Assembly: GCF_006345805.1 (NCBI RefSeq)
Contig: NC_042998.1
Span: forward strand, 110,112,001-110,176,000
From: Octopus sinensis
Taxonomy: Eukaryota
Direction: 5' to 3'
Length of the DNA: 64,000 nt
Position numbers and translations under genes: made by a program. The notes below the pieces were generated by a model that did not search any database, had not been told where the DNA came from, and saw nothing but the letters and a program-made list of their open reading frames with translations. Position 1 is the first letter of the stretch; each line of letters starts with the position of its first letter. This document shows, piece by piece, positions 13,311 through 26,929 of this stretch.

Positions 13311-16300
13311 CGCCTATACAGTATTCGTGTGTCCTTTCTTTTTATGTGCATGGCCCATCACCGCCGGTCAAAACACAATCACTGTTGCGCTGTTTTACAT
13401 TCCAAATCCATGTCATCAGAGTCGATCTTACTCTTCATTCATCTAGATTTCATAAAATAATGCATGTCATATACATCAGAAAAATTTGCGCAATCGATTC
13501 TATATTCCCCGATATTTTTAAATGTAGGGTGGGCAGGAATTAGACCCTTTATTATAATTATTATTGAATACGTGGTGTGTCATGGAAATAATGTATTTGT
13601 TATCTCATAGAATGTCCTTCATTCTTTCTGTGCCTTTTTAAGGCTTTAGAAGAGGTATGAACGTCACCTGATCTCATTTATGCTTCAAAAACGTAGTCAG
13701 CTCTAATTGAAGTCTTAAAGAAATCGTATAACAATCACATCGATACCAAAATGCCTTTACAGGAGTACTTAAAATGGACAAAATGAGGGATTTCGTTAAA
13801 ATAATTAGTAGAAAAGGGAAAAAATATTTCCATCAATTGATTTAACAAAATGAATTGTTGGTAATAATGAATAATGTCGAGTAGGAACATGACCAGCAAA
13901 TGTTTAATAGATGGACTTTCAATCAAAGGATCATGCGTTGAGCATGCGTAAAGTCAATGAAGTAAACCGCAAAAGTTATATGGCGTTTGAGTGTGTGTGT
14001 GCATGTATATGTGTGTGTGTGTTCTATAGCACTATATGGATGTTTGTGGATACGAGTAGTAGAAATGGCTCTAGAAAATGGCATCGGGTCGCGCTCTTAA
14101 TTCTGAAGTAATCTCTTTAAAGTGTCATCTTGTCTCAGCCGTGTTTGCTTTCTGACAAACTGCATTAGAAGAGTGTGATGATATGCGTGATACTTGGGAG
14201 GGAGTAGAATGAACTCGTAAAACATCGTTACAATGCCAATCAACTTTATTTATTAAAATTTCCTCGCGCACAAAAGCCGGCTAATTAATCAATAAAATCA
14301 GTTTATTTTACTTGCATTTGCTATTGTTCGTTTCTAGATGCCATTGAAATTTCTGCTTGGAATTGTTGCATGATTGTTCTGACGTATATAGTGTTTATAA
14401 ATGGTTAGTTGTGGTAAAGTGACAGTGGTAAGTAAAGGAAGTTGGTTGCTGTACATTTTGGTTGTCAGCATCCTGTTGCTGATGCATTTTGATAGAGTGT
14501 ATGTGAATGCATTTCGAGTTTTTAGATGTTTAGTTTGGCTTGTTGAAGATTGTTACTGCTCTACTAGCTGTTGTTTAACTCCAAGCTGGTTCTGATTGAG
14601 CAGAACCATAACGAAAATCGTTTCAACTTGTTCATCCCCTTATTTATTTATTTTGGGTTTACTGCATGATTTCTTTTATTACGTAGATGTGCTTTGAGTA
14701 AATTTGCTATATTTTCTTGTGAGCTAAATAACTGCTAGAGCTTCTCTTACTGGTTTGCGTTTCAGAGTTTTATTGTTTTGTTTTAGTTTGAATGAGGGTA
14801 GAAATTTACGATCGCTTTATTGGTTGGTTTTAATTATTTTGGTTGCCTTAATTCTTGTTCTTTTTTTACCTGCTCTTGATATTTTAAACTTTTATTTGTT
14901 TAGTTTTAGTGATTGCTAATGCAAGTTGATCTTTTTTGAGTTACAAATTCTCACAGGGGTGGTTAGTTGCTGTTGGCTTTTGTTGATAACCATTGCAGAT
15001 GTTAATGCCTATTTTATGGTCACTCATAGATTTTCATTTTTTCTAACTTTTGCTAGCTGTTGGTTACTATTAATACCATCTAATGACTGTTATTCGGAAT
15101 GATCATGAACAGCTAAATCCTTTTGTTGTTTACTTGTTAGCTTTACATATTTTTCTGACATCAAGAATTACAGAGAAATTTAAACCTATTATCGAAATGG
15201 TTTTGCACATTACACAATAGCATACATTATCAATAAATTTTGTAAAATATAAGCCTTTTCTTAATATAAAACGTAGTATTTTAAAGTTGCAGTAAAGAAT
15301 TTCTGAAAATGGAAAATTTTTAAGATTACCAAAATCCATAAATATTATTTAGTTCTGAACATTGTGCACAAACATATAACATAGACTTTACTTTTGTTTT
15401 GATTAAAACAGGATAAGTACCTATAAATAGTTTCTTAGGAAGGTATCACCAAAAATCTTTAGATGATTCGCCCCTTGATTTCCAGTGCATATGCGTTTTT
15501 TTAACCTACTTCAACTATCTGCTAAATTCCACTCAAATCAGAATTCGCTATCTTAAATAAAGAATATACAGGCTGCAAGAATGGCCCTCACATAGAACAT
15601 ATTTGATCTTAGTTTACTTTCAGTGATGGCTGAACTTGACCTAAAACAATCCCCTCATTCGACTTCCAGAATTTAGGTACTGGTTTTGAAAACATCCTTC
15701 AGTATTACAGAAAGAGGCTCTTGAAGAACAGAAGTAATATATCAACAATTCCTTGCGGTAAAGCAATTGGTCACTGTATATTCACAAAATTCTCCATGAT
15801 GATACAAAATATAAAATTAATATCATAAATATTTGCATCGATTACTAACAACATGTTTGCTGAAATTCTTCGTCGTCAAAGTGTTAAATGTTTGGAAATG
15901 TAAAAGCAAAATTAGAAACATTCTTTAAGACAGCAATGAAAAATTAGCATTGAATCTACATTTTGTCTAGAAATCCTACAGCTATATGTTCTAGATTCAA
16001 TACATTTTCACTGGGTTATATCAAGAGTATATTACATTTCCCAGTGAACGGTAGGGGAATTGTTCAACTATGTAATATTTACGTAGTTTTTCTTATCTAG
16101 GTTTTGATTTCATGGAAGAAGTCCTAAATAGAAGTTACACGTTAGAGAAGTTATTTTGACAGTGATACGAATAGATGAAACAATATAGTACATAGTATGT
16201 ACATAGAGTATTCTATGTTTAATCGTATCTTTGAGAGATTGCTATGTGGTGTTAACACTTTCCTAACGTTAGTTTCGATTTTCAATAATTAAAAAGATGA

Positions 16301-16880
16301 AAAATGCAAATAGAAGGAAATGTTTCTGTGCTGATTAGCAAGTGATTGCCTGTTTCTCTCGTCAAATACTCCCAGCTCACTCTTCTCTTTTTTCCTAGCC
16401 AGCAATGCTGTTTGCTGTTTACTCGAATTAAATTCAACAATAATTACTATAATCATGAATGTTGTTTTTCAGGACATTTTACTAGATTTCTCTCCTGCAC
16501 TACAGTTCCCTTCAGTTACCAACTGAAAACATTACATGTTGATATCATTGATCTTCGAAGTCAGTAGACACAGTCCATTCCTCTAAACCAAATTAATAAA
16601 AGAATATGGAGAAACGACTATGCAGAAATTTAATCATTATTATACCATTCGTGCATTACGGAAAATCGTTTGAAAATACCATTCTATGCAGTTAACTATC
16701 TGCAACTTTATGTGCGTATGTATGAATGTATGTATGTATGTATGTATGTATGTATGTATGTATGTATGTATGTATGTATGTATGTATGTATGTATGTGTG
16801 TGTGTATGTGTGTGTATTTATGGATATAAATATATGTATTCTTTTATTTATTCGTTTCAGCCATTCAGCTGCCGTCATGT

Positions 16881-16911
<31 letters not shown>

Positions 16912-17165
16912 GGGGTCATCCCATAAATAACATACTTTGTTTTTCAAAAAATTAAGATAAACAGTTCATTTTTACTCTAAAATATACTCTCCTTCATTTT
17001 CTACAATGCTCTTCCATGTATCTGGTAGACTTGCAAGGCACCACTTCCAAAATTAACTTGTCCGTGACGAAAAATACTCCTCCAGTACTCTTGAAGACTG
17101 CGGAATAAATGATAATCAGATGGGGCAATGTACGGCGAATATGGGTAGTGGGGCATCCTTACCCG

Positions 17166-17268
17166 TACGTGTCTTCACTGTACGTGTCTTCTCTATACGT
17201 GTCTTCACTGTACGTGTCTTCACTGTACGTGTCTTCACTGTACGTGTCTCCTCACTGTACGTGTCTAC
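17166..17268. repeat. ~15-bp minisatellite (TACGTGTCTTCACTG)n inside the mariner deletion junction
   Basis: About six or seven imperfect units visible. Confidence 0.85.
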
Positions 17269-17449
17269 GAATGTAGTTCAACAGTTCCGATGAGATTTTG
17301 TTCAAGCAGGGTTTACAGGACGTCTTCATCGAGCTCTACAGATCTTCCAGAACGAGGCTCGTCTTCTGGGTTGTAGTTTCCGGTTCTGGAATCCCCGTTG
17401 ATACTGGCTTACGGTTATTGTCCGATTCCCATATAATGCATTAATATTC

Positions 17450-18058
17450 TTTTCTACCCTAGGCACAAGGCCAGAAATTTTGGGGGAGGGGGCCGGTCGA
17501 TAAGATCAACACCAGTACGCAACTGGTACTTAATCTATCGATCCCGAAAGGAGGAAAGGCAAGGTCGACCTCGGCGGAATTTGAACTCAGAACGTAAAGA
17601 CAGACAAACCACCACTGAGCATTTCGCCCGGCCGGCTAACGTTTCTTATTTCTTCATTGCCCACAAGGGGCTTAACATAAAGGGGACAAACAAGGACAGA
17701 CAAAGGGATTAGGTCGATTACATCGACCCCAGTGCGTAATTGATACTGAATTTATTGACCCCGATAGGATGAAAGGCAAAATCTTTTGAACTGAGAACGT
17801 AACGGCAGACGAAATACCTATTTCTTTACTACACACAAGGGGCTAAACACAGAGAGGACAAACAAGGACAGATAAACGGAAACGGATTAAGTCGATTATA
17901 TCGACCCCAGTACGTAACTGGTACTTATTTAATCGACCCCGAAAGGATGAAAGGCAAAGTTGACCTCGGCCGTATTTGAACTCAGAACGTAGCGGCAGAC
18001 GAAATACCTCTAAGCATTTTGCCTGGCGCACTACCGTTTCGGCCAAGCTCGCCGCCTT
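17450..18058 (-). mobile_element. SINE family B (GGCGGCGAGCT..GC.GAA head), trimeric copy inserted in the mariner
   Basis: Three repeats of the core GAGTTCAAA..CGCCGAGGTC.AC.TTGCCTTTC.TCCTTTCGGGGTCG. 19-bp TSD ATATA(A/C)TGCATTAATATTC at 17431-17449 and 18059-18077. Confidence 0.85.
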
Positions 18059-18340
18059 ATATACTGCATTAATATTCCTGGCACTTTCCGTTCCGTTGTT
18101 GCCTTTATTGAATTCATAAGGCAAACTATGCCGAATATGTTCCTTTGTCACTTCCATTATAGCTTTGAAAAAATAACTAGTAAAATCGAACAGCACACTT
18201 CAAAACTTGCACTAAGAATAAGTAACAACTTGCTTTTATAGCGAGGTTATGCATGCAGTTTATCCCTCCTCCTCCAACTTTTAATTTATGCAATTGAAAA
18301 ATCCACATTATTTATGGGATAACCCAATACACACACACAT

Positions 18341-18373
<33 letters not shown>

Positions 18374-18374
18374 A

Positions 18375-18409
<35 letters not shown>

Positions 18410-19239
18410 ACATATATATATATATACATATATATATACAAAAATATAAGTATACATACACATACACAAATTTATTCACACACACACACACACAAGTTGT
18501 GATAAACAGTTTATGTCATCTGTTCCTTATGTACGATTCCCTGTCGTGACTATTTGCATCGTCGGCAGCGACTGCTCAAAGTGCAATTTAGCTGCTGAAC
18601 TGCGGCTGGTTGCATTATGTATGCAGAGATTGAATGCTTGAAGACAGGTAGTAAGACATTTTACATATCTGCTGAAATGAAAACAGAGAGCAAATGAAAT
18701 GGTATAGAGGTAAGAGAAAATGAAGAACCTGAGGGGGGATATATATTTATGTATGTATATATATATATATATATATATCCTTTTTAAGAGCACGTGTATT
18801 TGAAAAGGTTAAACGAAAGAGCTCACGCACTAGTAAAAATTAGTAACATCCTCATGACAGATGTAATAACATAAAAAAAAAGAATTCTTTGAAAAATCAC
18901 CTGTATACTTTAAAGACGTATTAGGTAATTCTTATAGAATTACGTCCTAGTTTCGATGCCCTCAGCTTCGCAAAGCTATCACTGTGAACAGCTCAATTAT
19001 TCCAGTGTATTTTTCTTTTTTCCATCTCATGTATGAAAGCTATCATGTTTAAACACTAATAACGTCGCGCAACATTCTTTTCAGTTAGCTTTATCATCAA
19101 TTTAATATATTTATTCCGCGAAATATTCTTAAAATTAAAACATACTTTCAATACAACCGTCTGATTTCTATCTTTAAAACAAACTGATTTAAATTATTCG
19201 TTATAACTCAACGTCCTTGTTACTTAGCCCCGTAATATT

Positions 19240-19272
<33 letters not shown>

Positions 19273-20226
19273 TTAGAAGACAAAGAAAAAATTTTGCAGT
19301 TAACCTGATCTGAAATTGGTAATATCCAGAGATTAGTAGTCGATGTTACTGGAAGTATTAGAAATTCTTTGCTAAAACTATCAGTTGTTTCATCTATTTC
19401 ACAAGTGTGTGCAGAGGTAATAATAAATTGATACTAAGTATATACAACGCGTCCAAATGTTTTCAGAGTTTAAAGTAATTCCAGTAACTTATATTCCAGG
19501 TTATTCTAATGTCGACTGAGACTATTGGCTAAGAAAAGAATCAATGGTATATAGATAAATGCCTCAATGATAATTGCACAGAGATCAATTGAATAAAGAA
19601 AACAAGAGGATTTCAGGAAGTTAAAACCCTTAATTTGTTATAATTTATTTCTTTTCTTAAGAAAATTTCAGTTTGGAAAGTTTTGAACGCTTGAGAATCA
19701 ATATAGTGAAAATCTTCATGTGATATGATTCCTATGCTTGGCCGCTTAGGTCCGTTTGCATTACTTACAGAACATTAGACTCATAATACTTAATGCCACG
19801 CGGATGTATGTGATTTACTACAAAACGTAAAATTGGTTTGCAATACATTAAAGATGTTAGAGAACGTTTAATGGATTAAGCTCTGCACAGTCTTATACGA
19901 TTAGTAACAAACACTGAACCGATACGCCTAGAGTGTATTTCTATAATATCACTACTGATGATAAAGATTTCTTAGCTGGAGCTAGCAACATGGGCAAATA
20001 TAAATGGAAGGTCTTGGCAGCACGACCAATTATATAGAAATATATTCACCTTTATGCATACTACATGTTTCACACACACACACACGCACACACACACACA
20101 CACACACAACACACACACACACACACACGCACACACACATAAACAGATATACGCACCCTACCACTTTCATTCACATACACACATATATGATTCTGTGTAC
20201 ATATGTATATATGCATATATTTATAT

Positions 20227-20260
<34 letters not shown>

Positions 20261-20456
20261 ATATATATGTTTGTATATATATATACATATATTTGTATGT
20301 ATGTATATATATATACATATATATGTATAAATATCCCTGTATGTGATACACGCATACGCAATATATATATATACATACATATATATATTATATATATAAA
20401 TGTATGTATGTATGTATGTATATATATGCATATATTATATATATATATATACATAC

Positions 20457-20499
<43 letters not shown>

Positions 20500-21446
20500 A
20501 AAGAAAGAAAGAGAGAGAGAGAGGCCTTGTTTTCAAATTCTTGCGTTCATTGACACAAACATTTTTCTATGCGGAATACGGTCAATGAACAGACTTAAAA
20601 CGGCGTTTCAAAATATACCTTGTGGTATTTAGTTCCAGCTGCTTAGGGGTTGTGTTCTAATACTGGTATGGTCAATTTTACTAATCCTCTTTGAAGTATA
20701 TACGAAGCAAATGCTTGTTCAATTTAATTCGTGACTAGGTGTCAAAGTTCCACGTTATATTTATCCTGTGCGTATTAGGTGCATTGATCGAATTGTTTGA
20801 GCTAGCAACAATATGATTTTGGAATCGGTTTTACATTTTTTTCTTATTAGGAATTTGATAAAATAAACTACCCTCAATATACTGCGTAGTCAGTTTTACT
20901 TATTTGGTCTTCTGCAAATTACATATGTTTTTCTTACTCTTTTAGGGCGAAAATATATGCTTTCATTCAGTGAACACTTAGAAACGAAATAGACGAGTTT
21001 GCTTGTCAGTCAATTACACTCGGTTCATACAGACAGGTTATGTATAAAATTAGATTCTACGACAAATGCTGTACATAGTCCATCGTTGATTGTTGGCGAA
21101 TCGACCTTATATAAAGTTCGAATCACCAATAACCAATAGCAGTTAAATTGGACTTCTATATGTAATTGGCAGTCAGAAAAAGAACAACAGAAAGAAAAAC
21201 AAAGCGGTGCTGAGAATGCTACATATACATTTCTGCCACATTCGGCTTTGTCACTAGCATCTACTTAATACCAGCTAAGACCAAGTCAGTCACCAGTGAT
21301 ATAGGAGAAAACGTTGATTGAAAACTCACTATGGTTGCAATTAGCAATCGGGCTAAATTAAAAAAAATTATCATATGCAACAGAACCAGCATTAGATATG
21401 CATATAACAAACTTTTGCTCATCCGGGTAGCTTTTCTCCAGACCAG

Positions 21447-21520
21447 TGATTTTCAGTTACTGTTCCTGTATTGTGATTTTCAGTTACTGTTCCTGTATTG
21501 TGATTTTCAGTTACTGCTCC
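21447..21520. repeat. 27-bp tandem repeat, ~2.7 copies, abutting (TACC)n/(TATC)n
   Basis: Unit GTGATTTTCAGTTACTGTTCCTGTATT repeated. Confidence 0.85.
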
Positions 21521-21583
21521 TATCTATCTATCTATCTACCTACCTACCTACCTACCTACCTACCTACCTACCTACCTACCTAC

Positions 21584-21640
<57 letters not shown>

Positions 21641-21641
21641 A

Positions 21642-23414
21642 TCTATCTATATAACTGTCTGTCTGTATTTCTGTATGTTTGTTTGTCTGTCTGTCTGTCT
21701 CGCTACATATCTATTTTGCCACACCATGCAGCTGGCCGCGTGGACGTGATATTAACTCATGCTAACGAGAAATGTGCATCTTACCGCCACTTCTAGATGA
21801 TTTTCTTCGGCTAATGATACGCGTTTCTGCCTTTATACATAGTGCATCCGTATTAAATATCACCCCAGGACGAATACTGCAGTTAATTTGCATTTCTCGA
21901 TGTTTTTGCATTAATTATGATACACTGATTGCTACGTATATATACATTACATTAAAAATGAACTTCGGCTTGCTTGCTTGGAATGTTACACAGCCAAACT
22001 GGCGCATTATGGGAAAATAATATGAATTAAGTATCCCCTGAAATGTGAATACAAACGGAATAACACAAGTTTCGCGTAAAACGGACAATTAGTTCTTGAG
22101 ACATTAGGGGTTTTGGTGAGGTATAAATACACAAAATGTGAAATTACTCAGAAAAATAACTAATCCATGTAAGTGAAGAAACTCTAACCTTTCGATTAAA
22201 CATATTAGTGACTAACTTGCCAAAGAAAAAATACGAGTTGTTTTTCACAGTAAATGTTTCTATTTTCGCTTTTGTTAAACACTACATTTTAGTCATTCAG
22301 AAATATTTTAAGTGAATATGATTTAAAAAATATAAGTTGTTTGTACAATAAGTATTTCTATTTTAGCTTTCTTTCAGCAGACAATATTTTGATGTTTTTA
22401 AAAATTAATTTCAAAAGAATACCTTTACAAAAATTTTTGGCACGTCTAAAAAATATCTTAAAGTGAAAATCACCTTAAAAATATCGTAAATATTTAATAA
22501 AAGACCCAGTTTGAAATCTCAGTTTGAAATAATATTTTTCCATAAGATTTTTTCGAGTGCGTTCAACATATCTCACCTCAAAAGATTTAGCTGCTATTCC
22601 TAGCACGTCCTGCTACCACGTAACAGCTATTTGCGATAAGGGACCCGAAATAGCTATTACGTAGTAGCAGGGCAAGAAATAACAACCAAATATTTCCTTT
22701 CTGGGGAAAGGAAACATTTACGCGTGATTTCGATGTTATATTCGTTCAAAGGATGCGAAACAACCTGGAAAATAAAATAAAACACCGTTGGTGGGAAACT
22801 CAGAATTTCCCTGGAATCTCCGAGGTCCCCACAACACTTCCTCCATTTCTTTTCCGGAAGAAAGTGGCTTGCGGTGGGTTTGAAGGTGAGATACGTTTAA
22901 TGCACTCGAAAAGCACATGTCGAAAAATTTATTTCACACCGAAATACGAACGGGTCCTTTACGAAATTTTTACCCAAGATCGGGATATGCATGCGAGAGG
23001 AAGGATCGATAAGACTGATAAAGCAAGGGCTGAGCGGTCTGGTGGAACAGAGGGAAAGATACAGATGCAGGAGAGATCAGGAATTGGACACTCGGAAGGA
23101 CGGGCGTCTGGCAAAAATGAGGGAAAGAGTCAAAAGCAGGAGTCGTCATGAATCGGATGGTCATGTGAATACAAATAAAACAACTTTTTGTGTAAATCGG
23201 ACCGCAGGTTACTGAGATACGCAGTTTTTTCGGGTACCTTAATAAATAAACAAACCGGCGTATAATGGGGAAAATACTTTGAAATTAAGGTAACGTGGAA
23301 ATGTGAATACACATGGAATAAAAGAAGTTTCGCGTAAATCGGACCACGGATTCTCGAGATAAGAGGGTTTTTCGGGTATCTTGAACTATTGGTGACCCAA
23401 CGGGTCTTGGCTAG
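21642..23414 (+). mobile_element. Putative non-autonomous Helitron (5' boundary uncertain)
   Basis: 3' hairpin GACCC-AAC-GGGTC followed by TTGG-CTAG|T at 23411-23414. (CTGT)n tract near the putative 5' end. Internal subrepeats ATGTGAATACA... at ~22040, 23163 and 23300. Confidence 0.45.
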
Positions 23415-23446
23415 TCTAGTCTAGTATATATATATATGTATATATA

Positions 23447-23563
23447 TAAATAATGAGGGAGATAAATTAATATTAATTTTAATATCAATTTAAAACCAGT
23501 AGTCTAGCATAAAATTTTAAATTGATATTAACATTAATATTAATTTATCTCCCTCATTATTTA
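23447..23563. repeat. Inverted repeat, ~49-bp arms and 19-nt loop, at the left edge of an HHR-bearing element
   Basis: TAAATAATGAGGGAGATAAATTAATATTAATTTTAATATCAATTTAAAA and its reverse complement with 1 mismatch. Confidence 0.9.
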
Positions 23564-23766
23564 AATATTGAAATAAATACGTTCTCTAGTAGCAAGCACT
23601 AACCGCAGTGAATTATTTACTGCAGTTCTTCGCTTCAGGAATTTTTTAGCGCGCCGGAACTAAGACATTTGAAATTTTATCCCTAATGTAATCGGTAAAA
23701 CTAAACACGTGTCTGTTTTGGCACAGAAAGTTGGGGTTAGTTTTTAGATTGCATTTACAATGAACG

Positions 23767-23843
23767 ATTGCACTGATGAAGCCACGGATATTTGAATTAT
23801 GTAAGTAATTCTTTTGTTAAAGGCCGAAACCGAGGTATGCAGT
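23767..23843 (+). ncRNA. Minimal type I hammerhead ribozyme
   Basis: ATTGCA-CTGATGA-AGCC-[loop]-GGCC-GAAA-CCGAGG-TA^-TGCAGT. 6-bp stem I, canonical core, near-palindromic ACCGAGGT helix III. The 10.1-11.1 pair is mismatched (A-C). Confidence 0.75.
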
Positions 23844-24008
23844 TAATTCTGTTTTTTTTTATATAAATTTTCTTCTGTCCTGCCCGCCAAATTTGGTTCT
23901 AGTGTTCGCTGAATTTTTCCTCTAGAGAACTTTCTTTGTAGTTTGATCGTTGATGATCTATTTCTAGCATACGGCAGACTACCCAGCAGTCCTGCCCTGT
24001 AAAAATAC

Positions 24009-24100
<92 letters not shown>

Positions 24101-24187
24101 ATGTATATATGTATGTATATATATATATGCATACATACATATATACATACAGATACACACACACGCACACACATTTATATATATATA

Positions 24188-24240
<53 letters not shown>

Positions 24241-25726
24241 ATATATATATATATATATGCATATATACATAGATATATGTACATACCTACATCTATATGT
24301 ATATATGCATGCATATATGGGTACAGGATATCAAAAATATGTGACGCGACTTCATTGAAACAGTCCTTCCCGCAAAGCAAATTAAATAAAATTCGGGATT
24401 TTTTGCGGAGGGGTAAAAGTGGTAACAAGAACAGGGCGGTGAGAACAAAACAAGACAGTAAAAACAATAAAAGTAAAAACAGTACAAGACAGATCAAAGA
24501 GAATAACACACTAAAAACAAACGATAAGGGTTGTTAAGCCGAGACGATGGAAAAATTATTTTGAACGCTTGAGGAGACAGCTTATTATGAGAGAGAGGAC
24601 AAGCAGTCTTATCGCGGTGAAGATAGCAGTTGGAAAGATAGCTTCCCTCTGGTCACGTGTCAGTGACGGGAGAGTCGATGTGGAGGAGGAGGAGTAAGAG
24701 AGAGGGAACAGTGAAGTGGAGAGGAGAAGAATAGGGAAGGGTAGGAGAGAAAAACAGGAAGGATGAATATATATATATATATATTGCATATATGTATACA
24801 CAGTGGACTTTCAACAATGTTTGCGTGTATTATTTTTCACTCACACCTGTTTGATAAACTGCATGCTATAATATAAAACAACATGGTAATATTATCAAGC
24901 AGTTTTGTCGATCACCAACTTCAGTTTTTGGGAAATGTTGCTCTGAATCACATGGCTAAGTCTTCCACTTTTGTATACTAATAATCTATGAATATTTGTT
25001 CTTTAATTTTCTATCAACATAATCATTTCAGACAGAGCTTATTTCTTAATATACTCCTGAATTTTAACAATACATTCCCAATGATACTACTTTTCTATTA
25101 ATCACTATTCATTCTCAGACTGTATTTTATATCCAAATGTTAATTTTAGTCTGCCTGGTATGGAGACACTTCCACCGTTGTTCCTCACTGTTGCTCTCTC
25201 ATTCTGGACAACTAACTGAATGTCGAAAGCTAAGCAAGTTACTTTTGGTGTTATAAAGACTCGGTTGTCTACCCTTTTGTTTTGCAGTTGAATACATGAC
25301 ATCACTTGGAGCAATGGAGCTTTATAATTGTCCTGTATTCTGTGTGTGTCTGCAAGTTTATGAAGAATTTTAGTATTGTTTCTATCTATTAATCTGAATA
25401 TAGGGGAAATTTATTTCTAGCGCAAATACCAGCAATACAAATATCTAGGTATTTAAAACACGAACCCACCTCCATATCTATACCCTTTACAGACACAAAT
25501 ACGCACACACACAAACACACTCGCGCAAATACGCACACAAACACCGCACGCGCGTGCGCACATATTATAAGAAAGGAAATAGCGCTCAACATATTTGATA
25601 AGAGTTACATGTATTTAACAAAGTTTAGTCGCACTTCCACATGACTTAGGATTACGTGAGCGCGTAGGTCACCTCCATTACATCAGATATCAGATGTTTT
25701 ATATATGTGTCTGTGTGTCTGCATGT

Positions 25727-25791
<65 letters not shown>

Positions 25792-26894
25792 TGTGTGTGT
25801 GTGTATTAGTGTGTGTATGTGTGATCCAGTAGTAATATTAGAATCAAGCAACCTTCAAAGAGACATTGATAGTAAAAGGCAGTGAATGAGGGCATTATTC
25901 AATGAAATTTGTTAGAAGCTGATATGAGTTAATGGGGGATTGAATGTTACGCATTTAGAAAAGATTGTTTGACGATGATGAACGCAGTTATCTATTCATA
26001 AGAAAGTGTTGCATTACATGTTGTCACACTGTGTCACTCAATCCTATCAGTTACGGCCAACAGATGTTTATTGAATCTTGTAGACACAGACCTCTTTGGA
26101 TTATTTTCAGTATACTACAACCAAGATACCCGTTAGAGACGAACATCTAAGTTTAATATCTCTGTTTGAAATTCCGTTATTGATATGCTGATTCGTATGG
26201 TAGTCAATTAGCTTATTATCCATTCAATTGACTTTAATGCCGAGTTCACATTTCTTCGGTTGGCACATGGCCACGAATGTATAGATGTAGCTTGTAGAGG
26301 CTGTTGCTAAATCGACTCCCCTGAAAGGGTTAATGTCTATTTCATAGACCTGGAATGTACACTAAGACGAAATTAACTTGTCGGAATTGGATCACAGCAG
26401 AAATGATAGAAATGTATATTTTATTGTTCTACATGCGTTATAATGTTTCACTCTCCCAAAAGTATTCAACTATCGAGTTAATACCGATATACAGATTGGC
26501 AATATATCAGTTTTGCTGTGTATTTTAATGGCTACAATAACACACTATGATGCGTTTGTTCTACTTATATAATATACAAAAGGAATATGGGAGAACAATT
26601 ACTGTAATATACAAATATAACAAGGCAGTATCGTCTAGAATGGAAAACAAAGAACACACTATGTAAAAAGTCAAGTACTGTGTCGATTACATCGTGTTTT
26701 CCAGTATTAGTTGACAATATAATTGATACCAAACCTTCATAGAGAGTATCTTTACATTTTACACAATTACAAGTTTATGATACTTAGTTGCTACATAGTA
26801 ATATCCAGAGCAGGAGTTTCCAGGCAAAGTTATCAACAAAAGCTTTTGAACATTCAGTCGATAACTAGAAGATCACACAAACACACACACACAG

Positions 26895-26929
<35 letters not shown>

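Larger units (their letters stand above)
16911..18327 (-). mobile_element. Internally deleted mariner (DD34D family) transposon with a nested SINE
   Basis: TIRs TGGGGTCATCCCATAAATAA (16911) and TTATTTATGGGATAACCCAA (to 18327), TA flanks. Minus-strand N-terminus MEVTKEHIRHSLPYEFNKGNNGTESARNINAVY. C-terminal motif PYSPYIAPSDYHLFRSLQ (~17090-17155; mariner YSPDLAPSDY). Confidence 0.85.

Noticed and set aside
17166-17268. Short regular repeats that might suggest a CRISPR array (also 21447 and 45330)
   Set aside because: They are head-to-tail with no unique spacers, in a eukaryotic context with no cas genes.
22753-23151. 132-aa ORF
   Set aside because: Lies in a putative Helitron body with a purine-rich low-complexity 3' half and no protein motif.
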